From positions 5,108,231 to 5,172,230 of the forward strand of contig NC_134033.1 of NCBI RefSeq assembly GCF_964204645.1: DNA of 64,000 nucleotides. The letters are read 5' to 3'. The notes beneath the pieces are model-generated. The model made no database searches, was not told where the DNA came from, and saw only the letters and a program-made list of their open reading frames with translations. The position numbers and the translations under genes were made by a program. Position 1 is the first letter of the stretch. Each line of letters opens with the position of its first letter. The DNA is from Tubulanus polymorphus (lineage: Eukaryota; Animalia; Nemertea). Positions 53,047 through 64,000 of the stretch are shown here, one piece after another.

Positions 53047-53312
53047 TGAAATATGAGTCCCACAATCACAAGTTCAAAAGAGATTTTAAAACATAAAGAA
53101 TTTATTAAAACCTCGAATTTTCGGTTTTATCCTAAAAACCACTAGTGCAATAGTGTGTGTCGTTCTTTTTACTGGTATATATACTGTGAAATGTCATAAT
53201 TTTAGTCACTCTTGAGAATGGTTTTTAGGATAAAACCGAAAATTGGAGGTTTTAATAAATTCTTTATGTTTTAAAATCTCTTTCGAACTTGTGATTGTGG
53301 GACTCATATTTC
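53047..53312. mobile_element. Near-perfect ~95-bp-arm palindrome, probably inverted Penelope-like ends
   Basis: gaaatatgagtcccacaatc...ctaaaaacca inverted; a 14-bp direct repeat atggaatcaaacat lies at 52995 and 53313. Confidence 0.6.
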
Positions 53313-53690
53313 ATGGAATCAAACATGTTTGATCTCGCTCGGAAATATTGTCCCCGAAACCGTGTTTCCTCGTATCTCCTAAAGCCAAACGCACACGACA
53401 CAAGGAAAGTGGAATGATGATGGCTGTCAGTCAACAGCCGACACGTCGTTGTTCATATTCAATAAATTACATGGTATAAAAAATTCGAAACGCGGATTAG
53501 AGTGTTTCATTCGACTACTTTCTGTCTAATGTTTCTGAGTTCGCCTACGTCGTGTCCGCCAGGCTTAAGTACGGGCCTGGGTTCGACTTTGTAGACTAGT
53601 ATTATGTTTAAACCGGGGGCTAACTGAAAATGAATTAACTTAGGCCACGGGTTAAAGTCAATACCACTCTATAAAAGCGGGCCCTGGAAT

Positions 53691-54875
53691 TTAGCTTCGT
53701 TTTAGACGCCTACACACCTTTCCACTGGCGATTTCCTCCTTCAGTTTCACCAACGCGTCGTTCAATCTGCAATCGTTGTAAACGTCTTTTCCGAACAGCG
53801 GCATCAAGTTCAGTTCCATTGTGGTGATATTACCTTTCTTGCTGTCCCGAATGATCTGAGCTTTGATGAGATATGAGTCGTCCCTGGTCATTATATTTAC
53901 GACGGCGTCGTTCAAATCGATGCGAGTGACGTAACACCTACCTGCGAGAGTACCCGCTTCAATTTCAGTAACAGAAAACGAATACACGTATACAAGATGA
54001 TGTCACTATTCGTGATAGGTTCCCGGTGCCCAGTTCCACACGTTTGTATGCCGTGCCCAGTTCCACATGGATGTATGTATGATTTACACAACTGTGGAAC
54101 TGGATCCAGAGTCAAATTAAACCCAAACCACTGCGGAACTGGGTTCAGAGTCAAATTAAACCCACACAACTGCGGAACTGGGTTCAGCGTCAAATTAAAC
54201 CCACACAACTGTGGAACCGGGTTCAGTGTCATTTTAAAGCCACACAACTGTGGAACTGGGTTCGTAGTCAAATTAAACCAACCCAACGGTTGAACTGGGT
54301 TCAGAGTCAAATTAAACCCATACAACTGTGGAACTGGGTTTTTCAAATTAAACCCACTCAACTGTGAAGTGGGTCACGTTAGTCAAATAAGAACATAGTT
54401 TTAAAAGATTACCCGTCTTTGTTTCCGTAGTGCGTTTTTCACGATTTCCCACTGAAGTTGATTGGTCATCGGCGCTTCGTCTTTTTACGTCGATCGCTAC
54501 ATGATTAAATCCTTCTGCTCCACTGAGTGACAGCTCGCTGGACACGCCCACAATAATCTACAATTCGAATTGGACACAAAACGAGGGATGAATTTCAGTT
54601 ACATTGACATAAATGAGATTAGAGCGAAAGCTCGTGCGTCAAATAAACTAGTCACACCTAAAAAGTATTTTACCCTGCAAATCTTCTCAAGGAAATTAAT
54701 AGGAAATGCACTATACTCGGGTTAATCGGTCTGGGTTACGATGTCACCAGGTTCGAATACCTGCCCGCGGCGCGAGGATCCTATTTGTAAGGTTGTCGCC
54801 GATTTCAAAGGAGATATTTCTACTTTTGAATGTACTCACGTAGAATGCGCTGACGATCAATATATTCCGGTTCAT
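53691..54875 (-). CDS. Small secreted prepro-protein of unknown family (143 aa, 3 coding exons)
   Basis: Exons 54875-54840, 54557-54413, 53941-53691 with GT-AG and phases 0/1; MNRNILIVSAFYIIVGVSS signal-like segment; KRR and REKR basic sites; 89-aa C-terminal domain with 3 Cys. Confidence 0.75.
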
Positions 54876-57800
54876 CCTGACTAACTCGCGATATCGAAAA
54901 AACAATTGATCTTCAATTTCCGCACTACAGAAATTTCAGAACCCAGTTGCACAGTTACGTATGAGCCTTTTTATCGACCAGATTAGTCTAGCCCTTTCGT
55001 GAGCGGGCCGTAATTCATATGATAAGAGCAAGTTCTAAGCTGACAACTTAAGACCAGTCTGAACTAAACTCATTTCTAGGTTTACAACCGATCTAACAAC
55101 GTAAGTCTAGTTCAAAAACTTATCCTGGTCCAATAATTTATCTAACAACTTAAGCTTATTTTGGTTATATAACAACATTTCAAGAACGTTTAAGCTCATA
55201 TTGGTTCAACAACGAATTCTACAACTTTAACTTGTTAGATTCGTTATTGGACCAAAAAGCAAGTCTAAGTTCAAAGACCAACAACTGGAGACCAGGGGCC
55301 GGTTGCAGTCATGGCTTAGACTTAAGACCAGTCTAAGACCAACTTAGTTCCATAACTTATCTAACAACTTTAGACCAGTCTTAAGATTTAAGACCACTTT
55401 TGGACTTAAGTCACGACTGTGCAACTGGCCCCCGAGTCTTAACTCATTCTACAGCCAATCTAACTGACTAAGCTTTTTTCGGTTCTAAAGCTAATCTTAC
55501 AACTTTATTAAGCCGGATCTTAATTGTAACTGTGCGACCGGATCTGCAGCAGCTTCGACTGCCGAAAAACGATACATACAAATTCACGAAGCTCTGAAAG
55601 CCAATTGAAATAAGAACGGGCTCTAATGAACTTATGTACCAAAGCTTCGCTTCGCTTTTTCAATACGATCTTAATGAATTAATTTGTCAGCGCGGTTTTC
55701 AAAAGTCAAATCGTTTCGAGTGCTAGCAGGTGGCTAGTGCGCGCGGCGTTCAAGCTGCCACTCATCCGTCAACGAGGATCATTGTTTTCCGGAGTTCCAC
55801 CAGTCATTAATCGTATAGTTTCTCGTTTGACGAAGCGGTCGGAAACAGCGAATGCCGTCGTTGTCTTATTTCTAATTAAAACGAGTTTCTATATGGACAG
55901 CCAGCTGCGTTTGCGCCCTCTGTATTCATTCCCTTATTGCTGTCAGTTATGCTGACATATTCTCGGTCAGCCGTTTTTAAACTATAGTGATTCATACTAA
56001 TGTACGTATATTGTAAACACGATTCAATAAGTCTCTTACAAATCGGTAGTTTGGCTCCACTGAGAAAACTGAAGTTTATAATCAAAATCGTGCAGAAAAC
56101 TAACGGCATGCATCTCACTACGCGCTGTCTCCGATCACAAGAACTCTGTCGGACTGATTTATTTCTTTCCCGATTAAATTGATAAAATATCGACGAGTCA
56201 CTGATGCGCCGTACGATGATTAGCCGATTCGTCACGTTTCAAAACGCTCAGTATTTTACAACTTTAGCAATAACCGCCACGGCGTAACCGTATATTTCCT
56301 ATTTTATGATCCTCCGCCTAGCACTTTAAATAACCGCTAAGATATCGCGGCTCTTTTCCTAATTAGTTATTTTCCACCACGTTTTGATGGGAGAGCAGGG
56401 GGAAAAGAAGTGAAAAATATATTTCCATATTATGGGCGTTTTGAAATGGAAGGGAACAGTAACAAAAGTGGATATAGAATTTCTCGATCGTTCGAGCGCT
56501 ATTGGCAGAACAGATAAAAAAGTGTTTTGTGTCGAGGCATTACGTGGCTTTGCTTTGGGTACAGATAATTCGAGTTGTATGCGAGAAAAATTTCATCGCA
56601 GATTGTTCAAAATCAGTAATAATACAAATAAGACAATTTCGTTTTGATTTGCATTGCAAACTGTTCTAAAATTTCATTTTATGATAATTCGATCATAAAT
56701 GAATTTGAGTAATCGTTCTAAAATATCATTTTAATGAGGACATATATAGAATATCTTTTATCTTCACTGTGCATATTTGAAATGTATACAGGGCCAGTCT
56801 GGTATTATCTAACCGGTGGTGCCGGTGTCCATTGAATCGCGTTATGACAAACTCATAGTTCATGTTGTGTCCTGTTATTGTCCTCGGTCTTTGAAATCAT
56901 GTAATGCGTGTTCGATTTGAATTGAACCAATTCTGAGGATTAATTCTCAACATTGGTCGAATTCACCATACACGCGCATACATGTCCAGTCCTCTGGCGC
57001 GGTAAGGTGAGTGTTGAATCTCAAATGGATTTATCTATAATCTCATTTGTATATACTTTATTTCGCTTCACCTTCTTACCAATACTTTTTAAAATACTTA
57101 ATCGTTTTATTTAAAATCTTTTTCAGATCAGCAATTTTTTTTTTTGATGCCAATACAACGTTTCGACTAAAACCGACACTGTTGACTCGAGACTTATCGA
57201 CGAAATTCGTAGAAAGCTCCTAAAATGGGTGGTGAGTTTTCGGAGTTTACTAGTGGATATTACGGACAACGATTTTCTTGTATCGAAGCAAATCTCACAG
57301 TTCTAATCGTATTCATGGCGTTTTTTTAGATTAGCCTTTCTTCTTCGGAACTCATTGCGGTCAATGCCCCCGCCAAACCAACACGTATGCAAGGGACGGC
57401 AGTTCTTGCTTACTTCATCAGGACCTGATTGCTGTCAATTCTTGCTGACTAAACCAACAAATACGCATTGGACTGCATGCCTTCCTCACTTCTCCAGGAC
57501 CTGATTGCTGTCATTTCTTGGACACTCGCTTGGACAACCCGATCCGATAGGCGATTCATCGGATCTGTGTACTGTGCCTAAGATAATCATAGCTTTTATG
57601 GGAGATACACGTTTAACTGATCGAAATAATTCACGGAGCCACATTAATGAATTGGTGAGTAGAAGTTTTAATTTTGATGTGTAGGCAACTTAAATTCGAT
57701 CGGATTTAAGCTTGGTATAAACAGATTGACCCTCGGCACCGCAAAATTAGACTCCTATAACTCCTCCCTCTTAACTCGAATTGTTTGAATTTGTATGTGA

Positions 57801-59577
57801 TAACTCGATTTTAGAACGGAATAGAGATTAATTTTTGATAAACTGTTATACTATCATTAGACGCTTTAAAACAAACGAGATGTTCGTTCACACAGCGCAC
57901 AAGTTTATAAGTAGACGTATATGCTGAAGCTTGATGAATATAAATAGAAAATATCAACAGCTAAGGCCACGCAAAAATACACTTGTTTCTAGTCAGCCTT
58001 TCTTTAAAAATAATGGCGGGTTTTTATTTTGACTTCCTTTTTCGGAAAAAAAGAAAAGGCCATTTCACAAATCCCAAAGTGACGAGGTAACAATCTTTTT
58101 TCTCTCATTTTGCAAAAGGGGAAATTTAGGGCTTAACGACCTTGGGATCATGATGGAAGGCACCTCATTACCGAAATGCTCACATGCCACAGTAACAATT
58201 GAGAAGCGACCGTGAGACAAAAACATTAAAAAGTCTGATCAGTTTTGTTTTTCGCGATGCGTGCGGGAGCGTTTTACTCTTTTTAAAAGAAACTACACAG
58301 ATTTCAGCATGCCAGATTTTTTCTTTTTTATCTTTTTACTGGCGAATCTTTTTTGATGCAAGCGGAAAATTAGCGTGGCCTAACAAACATTTTACGCGTA
58401 ATTGCAAATATGCGTGATATAAGATTTCTAAAAAGTCATTTAGGCTAATGTTTCAAACGTGAATACGACAGGTTCGCTTTATAATTGATCGAAGTTTTTC
58501 CAAAAAAGAAAACCACATATATTTTACGGCTGATTTTCTAGTTTAAATCCTAGAATAAGGCACTCTTAATTTGAATATGTAAACCGTAGGTTGATCGTCA
58601 CTAGGAAAATTTAAATTCAATAGTTGTCGAAGGTTCTGGTTAATCATTTTCAAATCTATGGATATGCAATAAGTGGCTAGTTGATTAGTTGTTAGATTTT
58701 TGCCCTTTGGGTATATTCAGGCGAGCGAAAATAGGGTCAGCGTGTTCTAAATAACGGAACTTGCTGATCAAACGGGCAGCAGGTTTTAGTAGAATCATCA
58801 ATGATGTTACTAACTATCGGAAGTGCTTCTCCCTAAAAACATTACAGTATTGTACATGTGAGCTGCAGTTGATTAGTTCTTTTCCTGAATTCAATGTGTT
58901 TATCATTAATCCATCTATCTATTCGGCTTCAACTTTCATGAAAATTTAAGTTAAATCAAAAAAAATTGTTAATTATCACAATAACACCAAATCTATCATA
59001 GAAAGTGACGCAACGTTTGTGAACGAGTTTTTCTAGTAACTTACTCACCGATCAAGTAACAAATGTTTCCCTGCCTATTTGTCTAACAACAGTAAATTGA
59101 ATTCATCGATAAAAGTAGAAATGTCAGATTCATGGCAATTGGACAAAATCTAATCGATATATCTATTGGTGCATTGGTTCTAAAATTTGAGTTCCGATCC
59201 AAAAAGAGAATTTCTCAAATAATTTAAGTTGGGAGTTTCATGATATGATCCATATATCCATCGGAAATAGCAAAATTGGATTAACTGACAAAATATCTTG
59301 ACATATGATGATCGGGTTTGACTATTTCATGGAATGGCTTCTTATTGTAATATAATATCATAAAAATGTACGGTTCCTCCGAGTTCGGAGATCGTGGCGT
59401 TTTACTACAAAGAGTTGTTCTAAAAGAACGCAACAGATGTCGCCTTCGCTAATCTACACTTGTCGTAGAGTTTTTTTAGGAGACTTATGAGGCCAGCTCG
59501 GTGGGCGCAGGGCGGCGCTCCGGCCAACTGACGGATTCGGGTTAAAAACGGCTGTTGCTCTGCAGGTCAAAGTTGAT

Positions 59578-59870
59578 CTAGCGCAGCTATATTAACGTTG
59601 TATCGGGCCAGTTCCCTGGCGACAAGCGCCGTTTCTGGTCTATTGGATCAGTGTTCGCACGTTCCATGTGCCGAATTTGATCAATGTATCTTTCTTTGGT
59701 CGACCGCCAGGTGGGGATTCCTGCCAGCCGCGGTTTGCTGGCCAGGTGAAGATGAAGCAGGCTATGTTTGAGACACCTTTTCTAGTCCCTTCGCCAGCAG
59801 AGGGGTGAGCAGAGTGGATCCTGAAAATCAGGGCTGCTCAGACACTCAGGGGGCTGTCGACCTCCATTTT
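59578..59870 (-). mobile_element. 5' fragment of an RTE-clade LINE (APE endonuclease start)
   Basis: Minus translation KFGTWNVRTL...TALVARELARYNVNIAAL, broken by an indel. Confidence 0.75.
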
Positions 59871-60252
59871 TGCTTCATTCCATTGAGAGAGCGACCCTAT
59901 GCCCTATCGATACTTTGGAAATTCTTGTGTTCCTAGAGTAGGTAAGTGAAGTGTGAAGCCATCCGAAATAGTCAAACCAATACAGTTTGTGATAGCGAGG
60001 GTCCATCTGTAATGCAGTTATCAATCAATGTCTAGGAACCATGGGCCCCTTCAGACATTTACCATTTTATGCATTGGTTCAAATACTGTTTCGAATCAAT
60101 CATATTAGACACGCTGATTGTAGTGATTTTTTCTTGCTATAGCGGTTTAATTTTCTTGCTGAACGCTAAAAGATTGTAGACGTGTCTAAATGTTATCCGT
60201 CATAACCGTCTTTTGACTTGGAAAATTTTGCTTTTAATCAATCAATCAGGGG

Positions 60253-61235
60253 TCAACACTAAATACCCTGCGCCTCACCACTGTTGACGGTGCCCGCGTC
60301 ACGCATGGGTGAACACTAAATACCCTGTGCCTCTCCACTGTTAACGGTGCTGGCGTCACGCTTGGATGAACACATGTCTCCCTACTGTTGACGGTGCCGG
60401 CGTCACGCTTGGGTGAGCACTAGATACCCTGTGCCTCTCCACTGTTGACGGTGCCCGCGTCACGTGTGGGTGAACACCTGTGCCTCCCTACTTTTGACGT
60501 AGCCGGCGTAACGGTTGGGTGAACACGGTGCCCGCGACACGCATGGTTGAACACTTAATTTGGTTAGACACTCCCTACTGTTGACGGTGCCGGCGTCACG
60601 CTTGGGTGAACACATGTGTCTCCCTACTGTTGACGGTGGGTGAACACTAAATACCACGTGCTTCTCCACTGTTGATAGCGGTTCCGGCATCACGCTTGGG
60701 TGAACACTAAACACCCTCCCTACTTTTGAAGTTGCCGGCGTAACGGTTGGGTGAACACGGTGCATGGTTGAATCACTTAAAACCCTGTGCCTCTCCACTG
60801 TTGACGGTGCCGGCGTCACGCTTGGGTGAGCACTAGATACCCTGTGCCTCTCCGCTGTTGACGGTGCCCGCGTTACGTGTGGGTGAACACCTGTGCCTCC
60901 CTACTGTTGACGGTGCCGGCGTCACGCTTGGGTGAACACATGTGTCTCCCTACTGTTGACGGTGGGTGAACACTAAAATACCACGTGCTTCTCCACTGTT
61001 GATGGCGGTTCCGGCATCACGCTTGGGTGAACACTAAACACCCTGTGCCTCTCCACTGTTGACGGTGCTTGCGTCACGCGTGGGTGAACACCTGTGCCTT
61101 CCTGCCTCCTAAATACCACGTGTCTCTTCACTGTTGGTGGCAGTGCCGGAATCACGCTTGGGTGAACACTAAATACCCTGTGCCTCTCCACTGTTGACGT
61201 GGCCCGCGTCACGCGTGGGTGAACACATGTGCCTC
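60253..61235. repeat. GC-rich minisatellite with ~50-59-bp units (actgttgacggtgccggcgtcacgcttgggtgaacac...)
   Basis: More than 15 variant units, with duplicated multi-unit blocks. Confidence 0.9.
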
Positions 61236-62844
61236 TAGACTCTAGATTTACACTTGCCGCAGTTTTGAACAAAAACAGAACAGAATGGTTTCCACAGTAA
61301 TTATATTCAGAATCTGCCATCAAGAATGCTGTCCTATTTCCTTGCTGAATCCCACTCGTTGCTGGAGACCAGAAAGGCCATCACGTCTTCATTTATTCAG
61401 CTCACTGAGAAAGTACAATCAACATAGCTTAAGTCTTCTTTGTTGGGAGAATCGTTAAGATGATGATTTAGTGTTAAGTCTGGTAAACGAGGGATCATCT
61501 GTTGGTCGGAAATAGCAAAAACCAGGCTAGTGAAAAGTCCATTTCCGTCATGAATTCGCCGGTGGGCCGGAGCGCCATCCTGTGCCCACCGAGCAAGTCT
61601 ACTGAAAAAACTCTACGACAAGTGTAAATTAGCAAAGGCGACATCTGTTGCATTTTCAAAACCACCATTCGTAGTAGCCACAATCTCCGAACAACCCGGA
61701 AACTAACACATTCATAACAGTATTACAATAAGAAGCCTTTTCGTGAAATAGTCAAACCCAAACTTCATGGGACCGTTATATCGACCCTGGACCAATCAGA
61801 TATTTCATTCATAATTTCAGGCAAGCAGACGATCTACACTAATTAGAATCAAAGATTTAGAACAAAATTGCCATTGTGTTTATTGAATACGACCACCTTC
61901 ACTAGCCTATAGCTCGAATACTCTTAGGTGCTGTATCAATGTCTATGGTTGGAAACACCTATAATCTCGGAAACAATTTATTCGGAATATTATGATTCTA
62001 CCGTTATCCGAGTTTGCTGTAACGAGGATTCACGCTGTAGCGAGGATTACACGCGACCTAACCTGAGTTCCCTATACAACAAACAGGTAAAAATCGTTTA
62101 CTCACCAATTATTGAATGTAGTTTCATGGATCATTACGATCTTTTCCTAGTTATCTTCTCCTTCTAGGAGATATGACATCCAGATACAGCCCTAAGATCT
62201 GTCCGGTCCAGGTTGGTTTAGTCAGCAAACATCGAAAGCAATGATTGGGTCCCGAGGAAGTGAGGATTGAAGTCCACTAAGTACTTGTTGCTTTAGTTAC
62301 CACGCAATGACAGCAATCGGGTCCTGAGGAAGTAGAGCTTCTCTGAAAAAGACCAAAAAAAATCATCACCGTTATGATTTTTAATTTGACTTGATACATT
62401 GTAGTCTGCTATATGCGGTATTAAACATATTCACCCACCACCAATTTCTGTATGGAGCATCATGGGTTATTTTGAAAATGTTTGGGGTCAATTAGTGTCA
62501 GTTTAGTCAGCCTCGAGGTGAGAAAAGCTGATCCGAAACAGAAAACAATTCCATATTTAACAAGTTTTGATTCTGACTGGAATAAATATTCTTCCTGTCG
62601 GTTTAGTCAGCACAAATTGGCAACGTTAGCAGGAATGCCTTATCTAGAAAAGCAACCAATGGTTCAATCAGATTTGACGCTTATTTGTTATATCCAGTTT
62701 TGAACACCAAACAGTTAGGCTTTTTACTTAGATTTCTTGGAGTAAGGATTTCTGCAAGAAAAATATTGGGAGGGCAGAGGAAAAAAAATTTAAAAAAGTT
62801 TTCCTAACAATACGCGTTTTAAAATGAAACGGAAGAGGACAGAA

Positions 62845-64000
62845 AATTACAATTTTTGGAACTAAAATTTCCGAGTAGTACTTTCCGAGTAGTTTTATTC
62901 CAATTTGGATTTATCGCCAATGGTTTTTCTATACGACCCGGCCCTGCGGTATTTCATTTAGCCACTGGCGAAATCCATCTTTTTACGTCATAGCAGACCC
63001 AAAAATGCAGCTATGCGGGGCAGGTGGGTGGGATTCCCACCATAGGAAAGGGTAAGTACTACTCGGAAGTACAAATTTTAGTTTCAAAAATTGTAATATT
63101 TCCGTCGAGTACTGTACCCTTTCCTATGGGTTTTGCTAGACTAGCCTAGCACAAGGATGGTGGGAAAGGTAAATAGAAAAACCACCGCTCAAACGCAAGG
63201 TAAAAGAGCACTTACCCAAGCACGGAATGGAGCACTGTAGCACAGGGAAGACCGGTTGGCCACAGTGAGTCCGTCCAGCTCAGGGGTCCCCTCCCTGTTC
63301 TACGCTAAAGAGTCCGATCCGAAAGAACGGACACATTGAGCCATAACAACAGGACCGAGTGATGCTAATGAGCACAACTGGCCTGAAACATCCCGTAAAT
63401 AAAATGACGTGGATGTCGATGGAGAATTCCAAAAGGCGGCCCGACAGACTTCTTCGAACGGAGCACCTGAAAAGGCTGCGCAGGAAGTAGCCAAAGACCT
63501 CACTTGATGAGAAACAACTCCCTCCGAGGAAAGATTCTCTTTCAATAAAATGTCCTTGATCAGTGAAGAGACCCATCGGGCAACTGTGTCCCGAGAAATA
63601 TCACTCTTCAGGTGATCCAGCAGCGGAATAAATAACCACTCCCGCGAACCCCTTTGTGGAGCAGAGCGATCTAAATAGAAACACAACGCCCGGACAGGAC
63701 ATAATGTCCTGTCCAGAAGACCAGGTTCCACTCGATGTTGTAGGGCTTCAATTCGCCATTGACGACCAACCGAGCCTGGCCGTTGGTTCTTTGCCAAAAA
63801 CTCCAAAGCAGGCCGCAGCGAAACAAATTCCTTCGCTGGGCCGAAGACATTATTATGACCTTGTCGCACTGGAAGCGCGTGAATCTCAGAACGACGGGCC
63901 GAGCAAGCCAAGAACAGCAAGCATTCAGTCTTTTTTGACAAATTCGCAAATGGCGATGCAGAAAGAGCTTCAAATGGAGCCTCCATTAATATCTTCAAAA
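62845..64000 (-). mobile_element. 3' end of a DIRS-like retrotransposon
   Basis: YR ORF followed by an internal complementary region (~63060-63130) that pairs with 63041-63060 and with the terminus at 62847-62890. Confidence 0.8.
63300..63998 (-). CDS. DIRS-type tyrosine recombinase, N-terminus outside the window
   Basis: ARRSEIHAL (R), AKNQ (K), LCPVRALCFY, HQVRS (HxxR), AFWNSPST..FY (W, Y). Confidence 0.88.
   Translation of the reverse strand: MKILMEAPFEALSASPFANLSKKTECLLFLACSARRSEIHALPVRQGHNNVFGPAKEFVSLRPALEFLAKNQRPGSVGRQWRIEALQHRVEPGLLDRTLCPVRALCFYLDRSAPQRGSREWLFIPLLDHLKSDISRDTVARWVSSLIKDILLKENLSSEGVVSHQVRSLATSCAAFSGAPFEEVCRAAFWNSPSTSTSFYLRDVSGQLCSLASLGPVVMAQCVRSFGSDSLA

Larger units (their letters stand above)
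59130..61880. mobile_element. Degenerate foldback element: inverted arms ~59130-59540 and ~61550-61880
   Basis: gcaacagatgtcgccttcgctaatctacacttgtcgtagag and gctcggtgggcgcagggcggcgctccggcc recur as reverse complements; an outer inverted pair lies at 57400-57520 and 62210-62340. Confidence 0.65.

Noticed and set aside
53912-54361. Repetitive ORFs (also 1493-1813, 60460-60819, 60973-61323)
   Set aside because: Translations of tandem repeats.

Overview
AT-rich animal (invertebrate, probably lophotrochozoan) genomic DNA with spliceosomal introns and many transposon relics; no prokaryotic features or CRISPR. Genes, in order: an intronless class A peptide/chemosensory-type GPCR (4270-5391,+); a frameshifted intronless GRL101-type LDLa-LRR-GPCR pseudogene (11608-13703,+); a multi-exon, divergent gamma-glutamyl-hydrolase-like (peptidase C26) gene on the minus strand (14597 to ~22145), seen by the ORF track only in fragments; a head-to-head SLC18-like vesicular transporter (23069-24487,+) that appears to have lost the canonical amine-binding and proton-coupling acidic residues; two tandem 4-exon melatonin-receptor-like GPCRs (28655-38212 and 41258-43915,+) plus an orphan third exon 1; an intronless NT5C/NT5M deoxyribonucleotidase (48054-48752,-); a 3-exon 143-aa secreted prepro-protein of unknown family (53691-54875,-); and the 3' end of a DIRS tyrosine-recombinase retroelement. 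Best candidate for an undescribed system: the hydrolase/transporter divergent pair next to receptors lacking D3.32, which may form an N-acyl (e.g. gamma-glutamyl) amine signalling or recycling locus. That functional link is a hypothesis. All alignments and exon models were done by eye.
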